Shown here: piece after piece, positions 47,967-58,430 of the stretch
How positions within the stretch are numbered: position 1 is the stretch's first letter
How the letters are laid out: each line of letters begins with the position of its first letter
DNA from: Candidatus Eiseniibacteriota bacterium
Lineage (GTDB): Bacteria > Eisenbacteria > RBG-16-71-46
NCBI GenBank assembly: GCA_041483195.1
Contig: JBGPFC010000004.1
Location: 1 to 64,000, forward strand
DNA length: 64,000 bases
Reading direction: 5' to 3'
Made by a program: the position numbers and the translations under genes
Notes under the pieces: model-generated
What the model saw: the letters and a program-made list of their open reading frames with translations, nothing else
What the model was told of the DNA's origin: nothing
Database searches by the model: none

Positions 47967-48760
47967 CGCGGCCACCCCACCGCGCGCGCGAGCGGATCGA
48001 GCGGCACCTCGCGCCCGGTCCAGAGCGCGAGCGAGCGGCGCGCCTGATGGACCAGCAACCCGAGCCCGTCCCACGCTGCGAACCCGCGCGCGCGCGCGGC
48101 GCGCACCCAGGGCGTGATCGCCTCGCGGTAGGTGAGATCGATGACGAGCGTGGAGGGCGCGAGTGCAGCGGGATCGACCGGCCCGGTCTCGCCCGCGTCG
48201 GGCGCGGCGTTCACCACCGCCGTCGCCTCGCGAATCTCGTGCGCCTCGTCGCCGCGGCGGACGATGCGGGCGCCGGCGATCGCGCGCCATGCCGCTTCCG
48301 CACGCGACGGGTCGCGCGTGGCCATCGTGAGGCTCGCGCAGCCCGAGGCGATCAGCGCGAGCGCGAGGCTGCGCGCCGCGCCGCCCGCGCCGAACATCAC
48401 GACGCGCTCGCGCGCGGGATCGCGTCCGAGATCGGCGAGCCAGTCCACGAAGCCCGCGCCGTCGGTGGTGTCGCCCCACGCGCCCTCCGGCGCGAATCCC
48501 ACGGTGTTGACCGAGCGCGCGCGCCGCGCGGCGTCCGAGACCCGCGCCAGATGATCGAGCGCGGCTTCCTTGAGCGGGTGAGTCAGGTTCACGCCGGTGT
48601 ACCCCTCGGCCGCGAGAGCCGCGAGCCGCGCGCCCAGCTCGCTCGCGGGGGTGCGGATCGCGCGCGACTCGCACGCGATCCCGAGCGCCGCGAGGCCGGC
48701 GCGATGCAGGTCGGGCGAGCGGGTGTAGGGCAGCGGATCGCCCAGCACGGCGAGCTTCAC
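47963..48760 (-). CDS. aroE: Shikimate dehydrogenase
   Basis: TRSPDLH, NLTHPLK, SVNT, GAGGAAR and DGLGLLVHQA motifs. Confidence 0.9.
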   Translation of the reverse strand: MKLAVLGDPLPYTRSPDLHRAGLAALGIACESRAIRTPASELGARLAALAAEGYTGVNLTHPLKEAALDHLARVSDAARRARSVNTVGFAPEGAWGDTTDGAGFVDWLADLGRDPARERVVMFGAGGAARSLALALIASGCASLTMATRDPSRAEAAWRAIAGARIVRRGDEAHEIREATAVVNAAPDAGETGPVDPAALAPSTLVIDLTYREAITPWVRAARARGFAAWDGLGLLVHQARRSLALWTGREVPLDPLARAVGWPR

Positions 48761-48770
48761 GCGCCCGACC

Positions 48771-49565
48771 TCACGCCGCGGCGGGCGGGGCCGCCTGGCG
48801 ACGGAGGCGCAGGATCATGAGCGCCCCGAACAGCGCCATCGCGAGGCTGGTGAGCTGGCTCTCGGTGATGGGGACACCGCCGATGTTGACGAGGTCGGTG
48901 CCGGGCTCGTAGGCGCGGGTGAAGTCGAGCGGGATTCGCACCAGCGCGAACAGCAGGATGAACGTCCAGAACAACACCCCGGGCGCGAGCTTGCGCGCCC
49001 GCACCGCCCACAGCACCACGAACAGCACGAGCCCCGCGAGCGCGAAATAGAGTTGCGATGGATGAAGCCGCGCGTTGCCGAACTCGAGTCCCGCGAACGA
49101 ATCCGGGGGAAAGGCGATGCCCCAGGGCAGCGTCGTGGGACGCCCGTAGCAGCATCCGTTCAAGAAGCAGCCGGTGCGCCCGAACACGGTGCCGAGCGCG
49201 ATCGAGGGGGTGAGCGCGTCGGCCACGGTCCACATCGGGAGCTTGAACCGGCGCGCGGCGAGCAGGCCCGCGAACGTGCCGGCGACCAGCCCGCCGTAGA
49301 GCGTGAGCCCGCCCTGCCAGAGCGCGAGCGCGCTCCCCCACTCGCGGCGGAACTCCGGGACATGCTCGAGCACGTAGAGCGCGCGCGCGCCGAGCACGCC
49401 CGACACCAGCGCGACCAGGATCACGCTCACCAGCCGGTCCTCGTCGAGCTGCAGGCGGCGCGCCTCGCGCAGCGCGAGCCAGGTGCCGAACAGGAACGCG
49501 ATCGCCAGCATCAGCCCGTAGGAGCGGATGTGGAGGAAGCCCCAGTGGAAGAGTTCGGGATACAC
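48771..49565 (-). CDS. lgt: Prolipoprotein diacylglyceryl transferase
   Basis: SYGLM, GARALY, WQGGLTLYGG, GRTGCFLNGCCYG and HPSQLY motifs. Confidence 0.93.
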   Translation of the reverse strand: MYPELFHWGFLHIRSYGLMLAIAFLFGTWLALREARRLQLDEDRLVSVILVALVSGVLGARALYVLEHVPEFRREWGSALALWQGGLTLYGGLVAGTFAGLLAARRFKLPMWTVADALTPSIALGTVFGRTGCFLNGCCYGRPTTLPWGIAFPPDSFAGLEFGNARLHPSQLYFALAGLVLFVVLWAVRARKLAPGVLFWTFILLFALVRIPLDFTRAYEPGTDLVNIGGVPITESQLTSLAMALFGALMILRLRRQAAPPAAA

Positions 49566-50816
49566 TCAGAGTTCCCGGCGCCGCAGCGCCACGTTTTGAA
49601 GCATGCCGATCTGCACGCCGCCGGCGAGCAGGGCGGTGCCTCCGTACGAGATCAGCGGGAGCGGGAGTCCGGTCACCGGCGCCCACCCCACGGTCATCAG
49701 CATGTTCACCATGATGTGATAGAAGAGCCCGGTCACGAGCCCCACCGCCATCAGGCTCGCGAATCCGTTGCGGCAGGCGACGGCCAGCCGGTACCCGCGC
49801 AGGATGATGACGACGTACAGTAGCACCAGCGTCAACGACCCGACGAGGCCCAGCTCCTCGCCCACCACCGAGTAGATGAAGTCGGTGTGGCGCATCGGCA
49901 GGAACGCGAGCGCCTTCTGCGAGCCCTTGAGGTAGCCCTTGCCCGCGATCCCGCCGGAGCCGATCGCGATCTTGGACTGGATGATCTGGTAGCCCGCGCC
50001 GTACGGATCGTCTCCCGGGTTGAGGAAGGTCTCGATGCGCCGCTTCTGGTAATCGTGGAGATGGTCCCAGAGATGCGGCACGGCGTACGCGACGACGCCG
50101 TTCAAGGCGACCACCGCGATCAGCGGCATGAGCCGCGGTCGGACCACGCCGAGCAGCACCGCGAACAGCCCGGTGAACCACCACAGCGAGCCGGTCACGA
50201 AGAACAGCGCGACGTTGAACACCGGCGAGAGCCCGAGCAGCATCGCGCCCGGCGAGAGCCCCGCCCAGAAATACATCGCGACCAGGATCGCGGGAAACGC
50301 GAGCGAGGTTCCCAGGTCGGGCTCCTTCGCGACCAGCGCCAGCGGCAGCAGCACGATTCCGAGCGGCGGCAGCCAGAAGCGTAAGCGACGCAGGTCGAGC
50401 TGGGGATTGTCGAAGAAGCGCGCGAGCACCAGCACGCTCGCGATCTTGGCCAGCTCCGATGGCTGGAAGCGCACCGGGCCCAGGTCGAGCCAGCGCTTCG
50501 CGCCCATCGCGCTGCTGCCCATGAACAGCACCGCGGCCAGCATCAGCAGCGAGACCCCGTAGGCGGGCCACGCCAGCGTGTCGTACACGCGGTAGGGAAT
50601 CGCGGCCGCGATCCAGGCGGCGACGAACGCGATCATCGCCCACTGGAGCTGCTTCGCCCACAGGCCGTGATGGGCGCCCGGCATCGAGGTCGCGCTGTAC
50701 ACGGTCGCGAGGCCGAACGCGACCAGCGCCAGCGCTGCGATCGCGAGCGGCACGTCGATCGACGGCATGCGAAGCCGCGGCAGCATCGACAGGCGCGGCC
50801 AGCCGCTAGTCGCCAC
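49566..50816 (-). CDS. rodA: Rod shape-determining protein RodA
   Basis: GAKRWL, QPSELAK, EPDLGT, HTDFIYSVVGEELG and LPLISYGG motifs. Confidence 0.95.
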   Translation of the reverse strand: MATSGWPRLSMLPRLRMPSIDVPLAIAALALVAFGLATVYSATSMPGAHHGLWAKQLQWAMIAFVAAWIAAAIPYRVYDTLAWPAYGVSLLMLAAVLFMGSSAMGAKRWLDLGPVRFQPSELAKIASVLVLARFFDNPQLDLRRLRFWLPPLGIVLLPLALVAKEPDLGTSLAFPAILVAMYFWAGLSPGAMLLGLSPVFNVALFFVTGSLWWFTGLFAVLLGVVRPRLMPLIAVVALNGVVAYAVPHLWDHLHDYQKRRIETFLNPGDDPYGAGYQIIQSKIAIGSGGIAGKGYLKGSQKALAFLPMRHTDFIYSVVGEELGLVGSLTLVLLYVVIILRGYRLAVACRNGFASLMAVGLVTGLFYHIMVNMLMTVGWAPVTGLPLPLISYGGTALLAGGVQIGMLQNVALRRREL

Positions 50817-52662
50817 GTTCGACCTCCGAGGTGTCCGCTGCGATCCGCGGCGCGAGGATCCTGGTTTGCAGCGTGTCCGGCAGGAATATCCGCGCGAGCA
50901 CCTGGCGCGCGATCGGGGCGGCGATGCTGCCGCCGTGGCCGCTGTTCTCGACCACGAACGCCATCGCGATGGTGGGCGCTTCGGCCGGCGCGTAGCACAC
51001 GAACAGCGCGTGATCCTTGCCGTGCGGATTCTGCGCGGTGCCGGTCTTGCCAGCCACCCGCAGGCCGGGAACCCTGGCCGCGGTTCCGGTGCCGGAGTCG
51101 ATGACGCGCTCGAGCGCGGTGTGCAGCGTGTTCCACACCCCGGCCTCCGCCGGGACGCCGCTGCGGATCGATCGCTCCGGGCGGAAGCCGGGCTCGCCCC
51201 GCACCCGCATGACCACGTGCGGGCGCAGCGACCGCCCGCCGTTGCCGGCCTCGGCCGCGAGCAGCGCGAGCTGGAGCGGCGTGAGCAGCAGCTCGCCCTG
51301 GCCGATCGCGAGGTTCAGGAGCAATCCCTGCCTCCAGTGCCCCGCGCCCCAGCGCCGGTCGTACCAAGCCACGCTCGGAATCAGGCCGCGTCGCTCCTCC
51401 GGAAGATCGATGCCGGTCCGATCCCCGAGGCCGAAATCACGAGCGGCGGCCTCGAGCCGCGGCAGGCCGAGGCGCGGACCGAGCTGATAGAAGTACACGT
51501 CGCACGATTGCTGCATCGCCTCGATGAAATTCAAGGAGCCGTGTCCGTTCTTGTTCCAGCAGCCGAAGCTGCGGCCGCCAAATGTGTAGTAGCCGCCGCA
51601 GGGCTGGAGCCTCGTCTCGGGCCCCGCGATACCGGCGCGTAGCGCAGCGAACATGGTGACGATCTTGAAGGTGGAGCCGGGCGGGTACATGCCCTGAATC
51701 GCGCGATCCAGCAGCGGATTCGATCCGCCGCTCGACAGCTCGCGCCAGCGGTCCACCGAGAGCCCGTGCGAGAATTCGTTGGGATCATAGGCGGGCCGGC
51801 TCACCAGCGCGAGGATCGAGCCGTCGCGCGGATCGATCGCGATGCCCGCGCCCCGCTCGACCTTCGCCATCGCCTCCTCCATCGCGCGCTGCACGTTGAG
51901 GTCGATGGTGAGCACCAGGTCGTGCCCGTTGACCGGGGGCCGAGGCGGCTCCTCGCTCAGCGTCGAGACCCGCTTCCCCATCGCGTTCACGACCACGAAC
52001 TCGGCGCCGTCGTGCCCCCGCAGGAACTCCTCGTAGCGACCCTCGATCCCGCTGCGTCCGATCAGGTCGCCCGACTGATATCCGGCCACCGCGAGCGAGT
52101 CCACCTCGACGTCGTTCACCTCGCCCGCGTAGCCGAGCAGATGCGCGGCGAGCATGCCGTGCGGATAGCGGCGCAGCGGCTCGATCTGCACCTCGAGCCC
52201 CGGCAGCTCTGCGCGCGACTCCTCGACGGCGGCCAGCACCTTGAACGTCGCGTCGCGCCGCAGCAGCGCGCTGTGCCCGCTCCGATTCGCGAGCGTGATC
52301 TGGCGCTGCACCTCGGCGCTGTCGGTCCCGACCAGCGATGCGACGTGCGCGACCCACGAGCCGCCCAACGTGACCTGCGCGAGGCGGGTGCTCTCAGCGG
52401 GGAACGGGCGGAACACGATGCTGAAGCTGGGCGCGCTGTCGGCGAGCAGCTGGCCGTTGCGGTCGTAGATCGCGCCGCGCGGCGCGCGCAGGACCTCGAG
52501 CCGTACCCGGTTCTCCTTCGAGAGCTCGATGTACTTCTCGTGATCGACGACCTGGAGCCGCAGCAGCGCGACCGCCACCAGTCCGAAGCCGAGCGCCACC
52601 AGCCCGGCCAGGAACGCGTAACGCGACTCCTTAAGCTGCCGAATCCGGGGAGAAGGAAGCAT
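50806..52662 (-). CDS. mrdA: Penicillin-binding protein 2
   Basis: APRGAIYDRNG, YPPGSTFK, SCDVYFY, AIGQG and KTGTAQ motifs. Confidence 0.95.
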   Translation of the reverse strand: MLPSPRIRQLKESRYAFLAGLVALGFGLVAVALLRLQVVDHEKYIELSKENRVRLEVLRAPRGAIYDRNGQLLADSAPSFSIVFRPFPAESTRLAQVTLGGSWVAHVASLVGTDSAEVQRQITLANRSGHSALLRRDATFKVLAAVEESRAELPGLEVQIEPLRRYPHGMLAAHLLGYAGEVNDVEVDSLAVAGYQSGDLIGRSGIEGRYEEFLRGHDGAEFVVVNAMGKRVSTLSEEPPRPPVNGHDLVLTIDLNVQRAMEEAMAKVERGAGIAIDPRDGSILALVSRPAYDPNEFSHGLSVDRWRELSSGGSNPLLDRAIQGMYPPGSTFKIVTMFAALRAGIAGPETRLQPCGGYYTFGGRSFGCWNKNGHGSLNFIEAMQQSCDVYFYQLGPRLGLPRLEAAARDFGLGDRTGIDLPEERRGLIPSVAWYDRRWGAGHWRQGLLLNLAIGQGELLLTPLQLALLAAEAGNGGRSLRPHVVMRVRGEPGFRPERSIRSGVPAEAGVWNTLHTALERVIDSGTGTAARVPGLRVAGKTGTAQNPHGKDHALFVCYAPAEAPTIAMAFVVENSGHGGSIAAPIARQVLARIFLPDTLQTRILAPRIAADTSEVERGD

Positions 52663-53125
52663 GACCGAAGAGAGGGCGTCCGGTGGCGCGCCGCATCAGC
52701 GCGAGGAGCAGCGTTCCCACCGGCGCGGTCGCGACGGCCGCCAGGATCAGGCGCTGCAGCAGGAAGGGCCAGCCCGCGAGGCCCGAGAGCTCGAACGCGA
52801 CGCTCCACGCCTGGTGAACGAGCGTCGCGATCAGCAGCAGCCCGCATTGCGTGCTGGCGCGATCGCGCACCAGCGTGTGGCCGAGCCGGCCGACGCCGTA
52901 GCCGAGCAGCGCGAGGATCAGTGCGTGCCGCCCCAGCCAGTGCGCGGCGTCGAGATCGGCCGCGAGCCCCACCAGGAATCCGAACGATGCGCCCCAGCTC
53001 TCGCCGTGGCGCAGCGCCCAGACCACGGTCGCGAAGGCGAGCACGTCGAGCACGATGCCGCGCGCCGCGAGCGCGCTGAGCGCGGTCGATCGCATGAGCA
53101 GGGCCACCAGGATCAGCCCGATCAT
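52631..53125 (-). CDS. mreD: Rod shape-determining protein MreD
   Basis: Hydrophobic, FGFLVGLAADL; lies between mreC and mrdA. Confidence 0.85.
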   Translation of the reverse strand: MIGLILVALLMRSTALSALAARGIVLDVLAFATVVWALRHGESWGASFGFLVGLAADLDAAHWLGRHALILALLGYGVGRLGHTLVRDRASTQCGLLLIATLVHQAWSVAFELSGLAGWPFLLQRLILAAVATAPVGTLLLALMRRATGRPLFGHASFSPDSAA

Positions 53126-53139
53126 GGCGGAGATCCCCC

Positions 53140-53949
53140 TCACGGCCGTGCCTCGGGCGGCGCGGGGTGCGAGAGCACGTACGCGTGGCGCAGGCGCGAG
53201 AGCCGGACCGCGGGGCTCACCTCGATGTCGAGCATCAGCCCGCTCGCATCGGGCGTGACGCGGGCGACGCGGCCCACCAGCAGCCCGCGCGGATAATGTT
53301 GAGAGAGCCCGGAGGTCAGCACGCTCTCCCCCGCCCGCACCGTGTCGGTGAGCGGCACGTTGGTCAGCACCAGGCGCGGATGGGGCAGTAGCGTGAAGCG
53401 CAGCACGCCCAGCACCCCGGTGCTCTCGACCTCGCACGCCACCGCGGAGTTGGGATCGGTGAGCAGCACCACGCGGCTCATCCCGCCGTAGCTCTCGCCG
53501 ATCCGGCCCAGCAATCCGTCGCCGGTGACCACCGCGTCGCCCGGGGTCACGCCCTGATGCCGGCCGCCGCTCACGGTGGCGGCGGCGGGAATGGCCTCGC
53601 CGGAGAGCGCGAGCACCTCGACCGGCTTGGGCGCGAAGCCGCGCACCGCGGGAAGGCCGAGATCTTTTCGCAGCCGCTGGTTCTCGAAGCCGTCGAGGCG
53701 CAGGCGCTCGTTCTCGAGCGACAGCTCTGCGATGCGCTGATGCAGGCGCTGGTTCTCGCGCCAGGCGGCCGCCATGCGGTCGACCGAGAGCACGACCCGG
53801 TCGAGCGGGGCGAAGCAGAACGCGCCGATGCCGCGGAGCGATGCGGTCGGGATGCGCTCGCCGGTGAGCAGCAGCAGGAGCGAGAGCACCGCGTAGATTC
53901 CCAGCAGCGCTCCGCTGCGACGCTCGGCCGGGGGGAGGAAGCCTCCCAT
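53140..53949 (-). CDS. mreC: Rod shape-determining protein MreC
   Basis: TM helix, coiled coil ENQRL, GLLGRI, VLTSG and YPRGLLVG. Confidence 0.9.
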   Translation of the reverse strand: MGGFLPPAERRSGALLGIYAVLSLLLLLTGERIPTASLRGIGAFCFAPLDRVVLSVDRMAAAWRENQRLHQRIAELSLENERLRLDGFENQRLRKDLGLPAVRGFAPKPVEVLALSGEAIPAAATVSGGRHQGVTPGDAVVTGDGLLGRIGESYGGMSRVVLLTDPNSAVACEVESTGVLGVLRFTLLPHPRLVLTNVPLTDTVRAGESVLTSGLSQHYPRGLLVGRVARVTPDASGLMLDIEVSPAVRLSRLRHAYVLSHPAPPEARP

Positions 53950-53953
53950 CGCG

Positions 53954-54991
53954 TCAATCCTTGTGGCCGCTGAGGAGCACCTTCTCGTAGATCTCGAGGT
54001 TCTCGAGGATCTTTCCGGCACCGAGGACCACGCAGGTCAGCGGGTCCTGCGCGACGCGAATGTTGAGGTTCGTGACCTCGCGCATGAGCAGGTCGAGCCC
54101 GCGCAGCAGGGCCCCGCCTCCGGTCATGAAGATGCCGCGGTCCACGATGTCGGCGGCGAGCTCGGGGGGCGTGCGCTCGAGGCACTCGCGCAGCGCGTTG
54201 ACGATGGCGCCCACCGGCTCCTGGAGCGCCTCGCGGATCTCGACGCTCGAGACCCGCAGCGTGCGCGGGATGCCGCGCACCAGATCGCGCCCCTTGATCT
54301 CCATGTCCATCTCTTCGGGAAGCGGGAACGCGGAGCCGATCTCGATCTTGATCCGCTCCGCGGTCTGCTCGCCGATCAGCATGTTGTACGCCTTCTTCGC
54401 GTACGTCATGATCGCCTCGTCCATCTCGTCGCCCCCGACGCGGATCGAGGTGCGGGTGACGATGCCGTTGAGCGCGATCACCGCGATCTCGGTGGTGCCG
54501 CCCCCGATGTCCACCACCATGTTCCCGGTCGGGGTGTCGACCGGCAGCCCCACGCCGATGGCGGCCGCGATCGGCTCCGGCACCAGCTTCACGTCGCGGG
54601 CGCCGGCGCGCTCTGCCGAGTCCTGCACGGCGCGCTTCTCGACGGCGGTGATTCCGGAGGGGACGCAGATGACGATGCGGGGCCGGACGTTGAACTTGTG
54701 CTTGTGCACGCGATGCACGAACTCGCGCAGCAAGGCCTCGGTCAGCTCGAAGTCGGCGATCACGCCGTCCTTGAGCGGGCGCACGGCATTGATCTCGTCG
54801 GGAGTGCGGCCCAGCATGAGCTTGGCCTCGGTCCCGACCGCGAGGACCCGGCCGCTGGCCTTGTCGACGGCCACCACCGATGGCTCGTTGAGGACGATGC
54901 CCCGCCCCTTCACGAACACCAGGGTGTTGGCGGTGCCGAGGTCCATGGCGACGTCCGTGGAGAAGAAGCCCATCAGGTTATCGAGAAACAT
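53954..54991 (-). CDS. mreB: Actin-like protein MreB
   Basis: DLGTANT, EPSVVA, PLKDGVIADF, DIGGGTTE and TGGGALL motifs. Confidence 0.97.
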   Translation of the reverse strand: MFLDNLMGFFSTDVAMDLGTANTLVFVKGRGIVLNEPSVVAVDKASGRVLAVGTEAKLMLGRTPDEINAVRPLKDGVIADFELTEALLREFVHRVHKHKFNVRPRIVICVPSGITAVEKRAVQDSAERAGARDVKLVPEPIAAAIGVGLPVDTPTGNMVVDIGGGTTEIAVIALNGIVTRTSIRVGGDEMDEAIMTYAKKAYNMLIGEQTAERIKIEIGSAFPLPEEMDMEIKGRDLVRGIPRTLRVSSVEIREALQEPVGAIVNALRECLERTPPELAADIVDRGIFMTGGGALLRGLDLLMREVTNLNIRVAQDPLTCVVLGAGKILENLEIYEKVLLSGHKD

Positions 54992-55608
54992 CCTTGCCTC
55001 TCTCAAGGCCGGCTGATGAGCCGACTGTCACCGCGCTTTACGACGGGATGGGAGGAGGACTGCGGCGTGAAGCCATCGAGGTGCATACCCCACAAGTGTC
55101 GGCACGCTAGCACCTGAAACTTGAGTGCCGCAAGGCGATTGTCCCCCCCGCCGGCCCGGACGCTGGGGGCCCGCCGCGGCGGCGCGCGCCCCAGAACGCG
55201 CCCAGCGCGCCTGGGTCTGATCTCGCGCGGGCTCCGGATCGTTGGAATTGGCGACGTTTTTCCTCCGCGAAATGTCGGGGCGCGCCCGGCGCGGGGCCCT
55301 CCAACACGCCCCGGCGCGGGGGATCTTCCGCGCGGGCGGACGGTTAGGCATCCGGGGGCGCTGGCGCGCGCGGCTGGTCCGCTCCTTGCGGAACCCCCGT
55401 TGTGACGCCGCGGGTCCGTGCCCGCGGCATTCCATGCGCGCTCCTCCCGATGGCTCTCCGAGCGCGCGGTGCCGGCCCCTTCGGGGGCCGGCGCTCAATG
55501 ACGCACCGCCGAACGGAATGCGCGTCGCGTGGTGCGAAGCGCGCGTTGACCCTCGTTCCTCGCGGATGCTACGCTCGTTACCGTGAACGCGCAGCATCGC
55601 GCTACCGC

Positions 55609-57774
55609 ATGACCCGGCCTGCCCGGCTCCTTTTTCTCCTTGTCCCGCTTGTGCTTGGGCTCGTGTTCCTCTACCTGCCCGGTCGCGCGCAGCAGGCCCC
55701 GGCGGGGCGTTTTGCGTTCTCCGACACCACGCTCCTGCGCGACACGCTCGGCCTGAAATTCGATCGCCTGTTTCCGCTCGCCGACAGCCTGAGCCTCACG
55801 CCCGACACGCTGCGCGCGCTCTCGATCCGCTACCGCTTCACGCTCGCCCGCCTCGTGCATCTCGCCGACAGCCTCGGCATGCCGGTCGACAGCGTCGGCG
55901 AGACCATGCGGCGCGAGAGCTTCAATCCGCTCGCGAAGTCCGCGCGCACGCGGAACTCTTTCGAATACCGGAGCAGCTACGACGTGCAGCAGCAGACCTC
56001 GGACTGGAGCAACACCTCGAGCTTCAACCGGGACATCGGCTCGATCTACCTCACCAACGCCACGACCATCGCGATGCACCGTTACTACGCGGGCGGGCGC
56101 ACCAGCCTGCAGCAGTCGCGGTCCTCCGACACCAAGGCCGGCTGGACGTTCTCTCCCAACATGTCCGCGGGCGGCAGCGCGACCCTGACCCGCTACGACG
56201 CGCTCGATCCGCTGTCGGTCAACAACGAGGTCGAGACCAAGAACGACTTCGGGCTCGCGATGAACAGCCGGCAGCGCCCGAACAAGTCGATCAATTCCGA
56301 GGCGAACCTGCTGGCCGGCCTGCTCGATCTGACCAACAGCACCATCGTCAAGCGCGGGTTCTCCGGTAATTTCAACGGCCGGATGCGCTATCACCCCGGA
56401 GGGTGGCTCACGAACGACGCGTCGGTCCAGGTCGACGGCAACCTCGCCCGCTCGCGCCTTCCGGCCCGGATCCAGCAACTCAGCACCAACGACGTGAACA
56501 GCAACGTGCACGGCACGCTCGGGGTGCTCCCGAACGGCCCGGCGAACCTCAACGTCAACTATGGGCTGCGGAACTCGCGGGTCGAGACGCTGAGCGACAC
56601 CGGCAGCGTTCAGCAGGTGCGCACCAACAACAACAGCGTCAATTCCGCGCTCCGGCTGCACCAGGGCACCGAGCGCTCGATCATCTTTACGCACCGGCTC
56701 GGCAACACCCGCCAGGCCACCGCGACCGCGATCAACAATCAGAGCACGCGCGACGACAACGGCATCGCGATCAACGGGCGCTACGGGTGGCAGGACTGGA
56801 CGCTGGAGAGCAACTTCGGCCGCGCCCGGGCCACCTCGAAGTACCCGCGCCGCTCGGCCTCCGGCGGGTACGGCGAGCGGCAGGATCTGCGCTCGATCGA
56901 CGCGACGCTGAGCTGGAGCATGTCCCGCCGCATGGTGGCGAAGCTCAGCGGCAACGCAGGGCTCACCAAGCTCCGCTACTTCATCATCGGGACCTATCTC
57001 GCGCCCCCGGTCCCGCGCGATCAGTACACGCAGCTCTATCTCGTCGAATGGCGGTTCACCCAGTCCGATCGCATCAACACCACGCTCCGCATGGACGTGG
57101 GCCGAACGCTCTTCATCAACATCCCCGAGAAGAGCACCTCGGCGAACACCGAGAATCGCAGCTACCACGCGGAGTGGGACTGGAGCGATCGCCTGCTGCC
57201 GGGGCTCACCGCCACGCAACGCAACCAGCTGACCGCCGACTACACGTACTACACGTTCCTGCCCGTGAACAACGACCGGCTCGCGCTCGACTACAACACC
57301 TCCACGACGCTCAACGCGGTGATCACCCCGCGCCTGAGCTTCGACATGACGCATTCGGTGCGGTTCCAGCCGAGCGGCAACTATGCGCCGCTCGATGCGC
57401 CGCTCGACGACGGCCTCGTGTACTTCAAGCGCGCCGACGAGAATCGCCAGGCCTCGCTCACGGCGACGCTCACCTACCGGCCCTCGCAGTTGCTGTCGCT
57501 CACCGTCAATCCCAGCTATCTGGCCTCCGATCGCAGGTCGACATCGGGCGGACAGGTCGTGCCGCAGCGCAGCTCGCGGACGCTTCGTTTCTCGGGCGGC
57601 GCGTTCCTGAATTTCCCGGTCGGCGCCTGGGGGCAGCTCTCGGGCCAGATCAATCGTCAGTTCAACGCCGACCGCACCACCAACTTCACAGCGGGGGTTC
57701 CGCGGCTCACCCCCGCTTCGGAGACCGACTACTGGTCGGGGCACCTGGAGTTCTCATGGCAACCCACTCACTGA
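55609..57774 (+). CDS. Hypothetical outer-membrane beta-barrel protein
   Basis: Signal peptide, Ser/Thr/Asn-rich alternating strands and C-terminal GHLEFSW. Confidence 0.7.
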   Translation: MTRPARLLFLLVPLVLGLVFLYLPGRAQQAPAGRFAFSDTTLLRDTLGLKFDRLFPLADSLSLTPDTLRALSIRYRFTLARLVHLADSLGMPVDSVGETMRRESFNPLAKSARTRNSFEYRSSYDVQQQTSDWSNTSSFNRDIGSIYLTNATTIAMHRYYAGGRTSLQQSRSSDTKAGWTFSPNMSAGGSATLTRYDALDPLSVNNEVETKNDFGLAMNSRQRPNKSINSEANLLAGLLDLTNSTIVKRGFSGNFNGRMRYHPGGWLTNDASVQVDGNLARSRLPARIQQLSTNDVNSNVHGTLGVLPNGPANLNVNYGLRNSRVETLSDTGSVQQVRTNNNSVNSALRLHQGTERSIIFTHRLGNTRQATATAINNQSTRDDNGIAINGRYGWQDWTLESNFGRARATSKYPRRSASGGYGERQDLRSIDATLSWSMSRRMVAKLSGNAGLTKLRYFIIGTYLAPPVPRDQYTQLYLVEWRFTQSDRINTTLRMDVGRTLFINIPEKSTSANTENRSYHAEWDWSDRLLPGLTATQRNQLTADYTYYTFLPVNNDRLALDYNTSTTLNAVITPRLSFDMTHSVRFQPSGNYAPLDAPLDDGLVYFKRADENRQASLTATLTYRPSQLLSLTVNPSYLASDRRSTSGGQVVPQRSSRTLRFSGGAFLNFPVGAWGQLSGQINRQFNADRTTNFTAGVPRLTPASETDYWSGHLEFSWQPTH

Positions 57775-58430
57775 GACGCGCCAGGGGCGCCGCCCTGCTG
57801 GCGCTGGTGTGGCTCATGAGCACCGGTCTGTTCGGCCAGTGCGAGTTCTTCAAACCGACGTCGCCGGATCGACCGACGGCGAAGAACCCGATCTTTCCGG
57901 ACTACACCAGCCCGACCCTGACGCTGGAGACCCTGCGGCTGGGCATCGTGGACAAGAACGGGAGCAATGGGCAGGACGTCTACGTTCGGGCCTTCGCCGA
58001 CAGCCTCCCCACCGGGGCCGACGGCACGAACTTCATCGCGAACTTCGACGTGTCCGACCTCGATCAGTCTCCGCGCTGGGATCGCGGCGGAGTCTGGAGT
58101 CGCGGGCTCGAGCAGGCGTTCTACGTTTCGTTCGTCACTTTGTTCAGTCTGCCGTACGAGATGACCTGGGAGCCGTACGAGGCCAACGGCAACGATTCCG
58201 GCACGAACAGCGACTCGCTGCTCCACCGCCAGTACAAGATCTACTCGGTCGCGTCCGGCACGAAGAGTCTGATCGCCACTGGAGTCGCCGACCTTTACTT
58301 CGTGAAATCGCCGGGTACCGCGAATCGCTGGGCGATCAGGCGCTGGGACGATATGATCTCCCCCGACGCGCGGCCCACCCAGTTCCCGGATGAGGTCTCG
58401 CTCGGACTTCGGAGGCTTCGCACCCAATGA
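57756..58430 (+). CDS. Hypothetical exported protein / lipoprotein
   Basis: Signal ending in GQC-EFF and C-terminal WAIRRWDD; overlaps both neighbours. Confidence 0.65.
   Translation: MATHSLRRARGAALLALVWLMSTGLFGQCEFFKPTSPDRPTAKNPIFPDYTSPTLTLETLRLGIVDKNGSNGQDVYVRAFADSLPTGADGTNFIANFDVSDLDQSPRWDRGGVWSRGLEQAFYVSFVTLFSLPYEMTWEPYEANGNDSGTNSDSLLHRQYKIYSVASGTKSLIATGVADLYFVKSPGTANRWAIRRWDDMISPDARPTQFPDEVSLGLRRLRTQ

Noticed and set aside
55007..55600. Riboswitch or sRNA in the long mreB intergenic region
   Set aside because: No recognisable conserved RNA motif; it cannot be supported without an Rfam search.
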